DNA of 64,000 nucleotides from the human T2T-CHM13v2.0 reference genome, Homo sapiens. Location of the stretch: assembly GCA_009914755.4 (NCBI GenBank), contig CP068257.2, positions 27,808,001-27,872,000 on the forward strand, in the 5' to 3' direction. Each line of letters begins with the position of its first letter. Position 1 is the stretch's first letter. Of the stretch, positions 56,380-64,000 are shown piece by piece. The position numbers and the translations under genes are program-made. Below the pieces are notes generated by a model that saw nothing but the letters and a program-made list of their open reading frames with translations, had not been told where the DNA came from and searched no databases.

Positions 56380-56640
56380 AATAGTACCCAAAGTTGTAGT
56401 GGAGAGATCCATGACCCCTATTCTCTCAGAGGATCTGAAAGCCATGGAGCAATATCTCATCAAGGTGCCTTCTGTGGTACAGGCAGTGGACAGCAGATGA
56501 GGTTGAAATCAAAGTCCAGGAGCAGATTTCCTCCTTGCTGTCCTGCAAAGCCACCCTGGAATGCCTGGAATAGCAGAGGAGGCTCTGAGGGGCTCCCTTC
56601 AGCACTGCCATCAAGCAGGTGGGAACTTAGAGCTATTGAA
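56380..56640 (-). repeat. Arm B of the inverted repeat (diverged copy of 54830-55070 in opposite orientation)
   Basis: See arm A. Identity is roughly 85-90% by eye. The 152-aa ORF 56311-56769 lies across this arm and is not credible as a gene. Confidence 0.75.
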
Positions 56641-58902
56641 ATTGAGACACTATTTTTAATAAAACCATATCCGTTCTCCTACACTGCAGAAGCCTGGGAG
56701 GATCTGCTTATAAAGGTACAAGAAAGATTAAAAGCACGTCCACATCATGTGTGCAGAAGCATGCGCTGAGTTGCTGCTGGTTGTGAGCTTGAAGCTCACA
56801 AAAATGAGGTTCCAATTTTGCCTCATCTGGAAAATCAGGAGGAAACAGCCTCTGAAGCCTGTGGTGAGAGTTGGGCTAAACGTAATTGTCAGGAGCCCGG
56901 GAGAATGTGGATGGTGGTGGAATTTGAGGGATTGATTGGAGGAAGAGATAAAAAAAAAAGGAAAAAAAAAGAAAAATAGAAAATAATTTTAGAAATAACA
57001 ATATTCCATGGTCTTTTCTAATGTGCTACTGAGCAAAAATTCCTGCTAACCAATACGCTAATGAATTGCCTGGGACATAGGGAGCACATTGCGAAGGTAA
57101 CACTAGGGTCTGTGTTCCTTGGGCTGGTACCAACCAGGAAAAAATGAAGAAAGAGCCGCAGTGTCTGGCTAACCAGCTTGGTCTATGGGGGTCTTTCCTC
57201 AAGGGGAGTCTTTCCTCAAGGGCTGCCATGAATGGCCGAAGACTGAGGGAAAACCTTTCTGAACTGGGGACACATTCCCCCATAGGTGCTCAGTACTCTC
57301 CCTGAAGGCTGGCCTCCTCCAACCCCACCCTGTCTGCAACGTTGGGTGTATTCTTTATTCTTTTTTTCAAGCGGGAAAGAGACACAGAAACAATTGGCTT
57401 GTTAAGTTGAAAAAACAGGAAACACTGGTGTGGTGGGGTTCTCTCTCTCTCTGTCTTTCTCTCTCTCTTTTTTTAATGCTTTCACTTTTTAGAAGAGATA
57501 AGCAAAAGATCTGTGGGCCCAAAGAGAGGGTGCTAGTGGAGTTCAGAAAAATGCTTCCCCTTGGGGAGGAATGAAATTGGCTTGGTCCCTTCTCAACGAC
57601 CTCCTGTCCATACCCGAGGCAAAAAAGTCAGCACACACCCATGGCTGATGTGGGGAGCCACAGGGCCCCTGTAGAGAGATTCTGGCTCAGGGTTACTGTC
57701 TCTGCTGCCCTCCTGTGGCAGCTGGGAATTCAGGAATTGCTTTTTAAATGATGGAGGATATTGTTAGGTTCAAGAAAATGTTTCTGGGAATAAATGAGCC
57801 CATTTACCGCAGGCCCTGCAGGGGCAGCAGAGAGCAGGCCGCAGGCAGGGCAGCCTGGGCAGCTCTGCGCCATGGCATCCCCTATTGCTCCTCCAGATGG
57901 TGGGAGCCTGGGCGCTCTTCAAAGAAAACAATGAAGAGCACAGAATAGGGGTCACTATAGCGGACTAGGGAAGTTTGGATAGACCCGTGACCACTCTGTC
58001 CAAACTTTGTAGCTCCCTCTGCTGTTTTCTGGAAGCTCTGAGAAGGCGGTGCCTACAGTTCACAACTCCAAAAGCACCCAACACATTGTTATCACAATAA
58101 TTTATAGCCAGGATGCCTCTTCCACCTGAGAGTGAGCTGCCTGAGCCCTCAGGTTTATGTCTCCAGCCCCGAACACAATTCCAGGCACAAAGGAAGTTCT
58201 CAATAAATACTTGTGAAATGAAAAAATTGGCAGCCCATTTTAGGTTCTACAATATCTCTCCATCATTCATGATCAGAAGTTCTTTCAAATATCCAGAGTA
58301 TGACATGGGTAAGTAGGATGGAAGGAATAAAAATGACCAACCCAGATAGGCTGAGAAAAAGTAGAGTCAGACCTGAGTATTTTAGTGCCCTTTCATAGCA
58401 AGGGAGCTGGGCAGAGGTTATCACATTCTGGCTCTTAATGTACTACCAAGCAAAGAAGACTTTAGTGGGGTAAATGGGGAGAGGTTACAGTAATAATAAT
58501 TCATGTAATTGGTAAAATTCTTCCCATTTTACATAGGAAGCACATGATACATCCTTGCGATAAAGGGTCAGCCACAAAGCCACCAATCCCATCTTTCCTT
58601 ATGGAGAGGAGCCCAAGATGCTGTCATGGTGAATGGAATGATATTGACCCATTATAGATTTTACCATATGAAGAGAGATCACAGGCAAAGATAATGAAAG
58701 ACTCTTTTGCAAGAAGCCACAAGGCATCTGTTGGGTTCAATTCTCAGGTCACTCTATGCAGACTGACAGTCATGCTGAGGAGAGAATGGGAGTAGGCTGC
58801 TTAAAATGTTCTGTGTGTCCAGGATAACCTTTGCTTGGCGTCCTATCTTTGCCACATTATCCATTTAAAATTTTTATTTTATTATCAATATTTCTCCTAT
58901 GA

Positions 58903-59239
<337 letters not shown>

Positions 59240-60171
59240 GGCTCTAAGTTTGAAACTTTTCTTATTTCCCTTTCTTTCTCTGAAAAGATCCTACTGACAC
59301 AGAAATATTCTCTGTCACACTTGTCATTTGTGGCTTCCCCCACCCCCTTGGCACATATCTGCCTCATTAGCTTCACATTTCTTTTGAGGACTCAGTTTGA
59401 GATGATCTTTTCCTTCCTCGCCTAGCACCAGTTCATTTTTCCCTGATGACTATTATTATTTGTTTAACCTAGAGTCATATTTTTGGGCACATTTTGCAAG
59501 GATGATGCTATAATGTATAAAAACATGTAATGCCATATTCAAAAGTCACAGATAAATAACTCTTTAGGTGATGGGTGAAACTGGAGATGCTTTTGACTTA
59601 ATGTTCTCAGAGTAGAAAAATAAATGGGAATGTCATACCATGCATTTTTATTAAGCAAATGATGAAAGCAAAATGAAACATAATGTCCTTAATAGTATTT
59701 CCAACAACGCTGAAAAGCAGAAACTTGGGCATTTCCCAAGCTATTGATGTATCTTGCCTTTAGGCTCTGTTCATTAGTCATTTGTAATGCCTATTTATAT
59801 AGATCTTTTATTTTATTTTGATTTGCAATTTAACAACCAGAGCCAGTGAAGATTCTGTTCTCTAGAACACCAGCTGGGTTTCCTTTCCACTAAAAGGGCA
59901 TAGTGTTCTGGGAGATCAGGCATCTAGCATGAAAATGTTCTTTCTTTGTGGAAACTGTCTAAATTTGAAAGTAAATTTTTTAAAGTAGCAATTTGTTGTA
60001 GCAGGGACAATGGCTCATCATCACTTACTGAAGATTAGGAGTAGGAGAAATGTGAGGTGTTATTTTCTGAAGAGACTGGAAGAAGATAAACCTTCCCAAA
60101 GGTGCTCTGTCCCTTTCATGTTCAAGGAAAGAAGGCAATTTTGTTTAGTGGGTAAGAACCATAAAGAATCA

Positions 60172-60477
<306 letters not shown>

Positions 60478-63204
60478 TCATAATGGTGCCACTCTCAAGT
60501 CCTAGGTATGTCCCACACTGCCTCTGCGGGACTTTTTTAGCAATTATTTCTCACTTTCTGCTTCTCAATGAGGAAACGGAGAAGTGAAGAGACTGAGAAC
60601 TACTTCTCTCTATAATTGGTAGGGCTGTCCTTTTCAGTGACAAGTCAACACTGACAATATTTTATGTGTGGCACAGAATTATGGAACCAGAGAATGAAAT
60701 AATTAATATATAGCTCAAAGGCAGAATAACCCTTCAGTCATTCCAGGCAAAAACAACTGCATCTTACATTCAAAGACTGAGAAAAAATAAACTCCATAGT
60801 GGGGTGCCTGGGGAAGAAGAAATAACATTTTCAAATATATAGACAGAGAATTGCCTTTTTAGGGTGGAAGTTACCGGTAATTTAAGTTCCTGTAGAAAAT
60901 AACCTACAATCTTTCGAAGCTGAATGTCTTCTTTAAAGGGGTCGTTTAAGCTCTGTAAATGGAAGACTAGTAGTTATCTATGATTCTTAGGAGGAAACCT
61001 TGACATTTCCCTCTGTTGCCATCCAGATTCTGCTGTTTGCTCATGTAAATTGAGTATTTTTTATCTGGGCTATGTTGTAAAGGTGACTTTTAGAAGTTGT
61101 CTCCTCCTTCCATTAGCTTATTTTACTTATTGTCTCCCACATGGGACTATGAATGGTTGAACAGTCTACACTGTTTTTTTGGTTTTGTTTTTTGAGCAGC
61201 TCAAAAAATTAAGTTGTGGACTAAAAATAAAGAAAGCTATTCCACGAATGGTTGAATGTAGGGGCTGGGATTGAGCCATTTCCTATAAGGGAGTGAATAC
61301 CCTGGGGGTTCCCGAGGCTTCCTTTTACGTCTTTTCTTGTTTTTCTGGAGAGTTAAGAGAGAAAACTATGTCCAGGCTTGAAGAATATTAGTGGGGAAGA
61401 TTTGGTTCTGGGCTCAAGGTATGGTGATGCTAGAAGCTGGTATGACCAACCACCAGAGTAAAAAATATTGACTCGGAAGTGCACAGAGTCTGGGTAATAC
61501 TGGAAGTATGTGGTGTGTGTGTGTGTATCTGTGTGTTTTTGGAGGGGAGAACTATGGGTCAAAATCAGCAGGCATTAATAGGGATTTGGGATACTGGCAT
61601 TTCCTGACAAAATTAACCCCCAAAGACCTGCTGGATTAGGTCAGCCAATGTGAGTCCTCCTTGGAAATATTGGGGGAGGAGTAGCTTTCCAAATTTCATC
61701 GAATGGTAACTCAGGATCAAAACTCACTGATATCTGAGGCTGTGTCTATAACCAGATTACATGACTGTGCACACAGAAGAATAGGAATTCAACAAATTGT
61801 AGATGCTTTGGGCTATAGAAGAAAACTGTAATGAGACTGAAAATGATGGACTCTCACAATCTGTGGCCCTAAATCCCTGGCAGGTAGAGTGTATTTAGCA
61901 AAATACTTGAGGTGTGATAAGTTTTGTTTGCTTATTTTTTCTCAATTTATTTCATCTTTTAACTTCCACTGCCTGTAATTCAGTCAGATTATTGGCGCCA
62001 GGCTTATTGCCTAAGGGGAGAGACGAAGAGGTAAGTGTTTCAAAAGTGTAATGCCTTAGGTAATTCCAAAGGATTTGAGGCAAAGACAAAATGTTATGAG
62101 GAATATCAGTTAGCTTTTCTGTAGGACCAACTGCTCCCAAATGGAGTGCATAACACAAACATTATTTACCGTTGCCCGAGTTCTGCTGAACTGAGACAGC
62201 CTTAGTTGACTGTGTCTGAGCTAGCTCGTGGGTCTTCATTACAGTTCATGGCCTCCCTCCTATGCCTAGGGATTGTCTAGGAGTTGGCTGGGGCCATGAG
62301 GAAATGTGGTCCTGTGCCTCCATCATCCAGCGAGCTAACCTTGGCTTCTTCACATGGTGGCTGCAAGATTTCAAGAGTGGGCAGATGTGCAACGCTCCCT
62401 CAGGCCTGTATCCCAACAGGCACTGCATCAGTTCTGCCACTTTCTATTGACCAAAGAAAGTCTCAAGGGCACCCCAGATTCGAGTGGAGAAAAACCTTTC
62501 ACTTTGATGGGAGGAGCTATGAAGACACATTGCAAATGGGCAGGAAAGGGTGAGGAATTGCAGCTATCTTTGCAATTTGTCACACATATCACAAAGGAAT
62601 GGGGAACATGGACACTGACAGCAGGACGGCAGCCTTCTCTGTAGCCACTCACATGACAAAATATTGGCCTTACGGTTCCCATTCTGGGAAAATGAAGAAC
62701 CCAGATGGTTAGTAATGATTGTAGTGATTAGAACAATGGTTTTGGGGCATAGTCCACAGTAGGAAAAATGCAAAACCCTACATTGATTTGTGGGGCCAGA
62801 GAGAGAAAGGTGCCCTGATGAGGCAGAAGCTCCCAGAGAGAGAATGGCTGTAATGTAAGGCCAGACAAGTAGCCCACAGATAGATAACAGAAATTCCTAG
62901 TTACCAGCCAACCACAGCAAGCAATGGAATGAGTTCTGTGCCTTCAGGTATGGCAGGGAACCAGCAGAGAGCCTGAGTCATCAAGCCTAAATGAAGCTCT
63001 GTGGATAAGAGTGACAGCCATCTTGAAGCCTCTTGGATGGATTCACCGCTAGGGACACAGAGACTTCCCCTGCCCTTGTCACCCCAACACTTCAGCACCA
63101 AGTAAGTCACCCCACCAACATAAACATAGTAACAAGTATGGAAGGTAAGGGAGAAGAGATATCCTGAGGTTATATTTTTGAAATCCCAGGAGAATATAAG
63201 CTCA

Positions 63205-63612
<408 letters not shown>

Positions 63613-64000
63613 AAGATGAAGTACAGAAAAATTTTTAAAGCGTGTGTATTCTTTTCAATGGTTGAATTTGGTGGTCGTGATTCAGCTCATTTCCTGTAGA
63701 GGAGGTAAGAGAACACGTATGCAACTTCCCAAGAGTTTTTAATGACTCTCTTATTTTTATTAAGATGTTAGGACAGGGCACTATGTGGAAAGCCCCTTAG
63801 CTGGGGCTCTAGAGCAGGAGGAGTGAACAGCCTAATGTGACCAGGTTTCTTGGGCATAAGAATAGCTTCATGGCTCCAAGTCTGATCATTTGTGCATAGG
63901 TCAGTATATTGTGACCAATCTCCTTAAAAGCTGTTCATCCCGTGGTAGAAATAATAAAGTATCCAACACTGAGAGTGTTCTTGACATTGTTACTCCAGCC

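Noticed and set aside
62246-62773. Dense cluster of overlapping ORFs on both strands (62246-62440, 62262-62450, 62284-62553, 62354-62644, 62428-62682, 62564-62773).
   Set aside because: Mutually overlapping in all frames and both strands. This is what a locally stop-poor, GC-moderate stretch produces by chance, with no coherent coding frame.

Overview
This window is not prokaryotic. It is primate (human-type) nuclear genomic DNA, AT-rich and CpG-poor, and dominated by interspersed repeats. By eye I count 28 Alu SINEs (AluS/AluY, 21 of them on the minus strand), L1 fragments, several MaLR and ancient LTR fragments, MIR elements, one MADE1 mariner MITE and many microsatellites. One of the L1 fragments is a twin-primed, 5'-inverted L1 that split a THE1/MST-type MaLR LTR. 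I cannot support any protein-coding gene, rRNA, tRNA, CRISPR array or CpG-island promoter. Essentially every ORF in the six-frame track translates Alu, L1 or LTR sequence: the recurring '...[36 protein letters not shown]...' and '...[17 protein letters not shown]...' peptides are Alu read in different frames. The most unusual structure is a ~235-bp near-identical copy of unique sequence (49771-50005). It is inserted ~0.9 kb downstream inside an Alu (50901-51151), with 3 nt of filler and a 15-bp tandem duplication at the exit junction. That looks like a recent template-switch or duplication event, or an assembly artefact. Other items worth a second look are listed in the findings below. I see no novel biological 'system', and claiming one would not be supported by the sequence.
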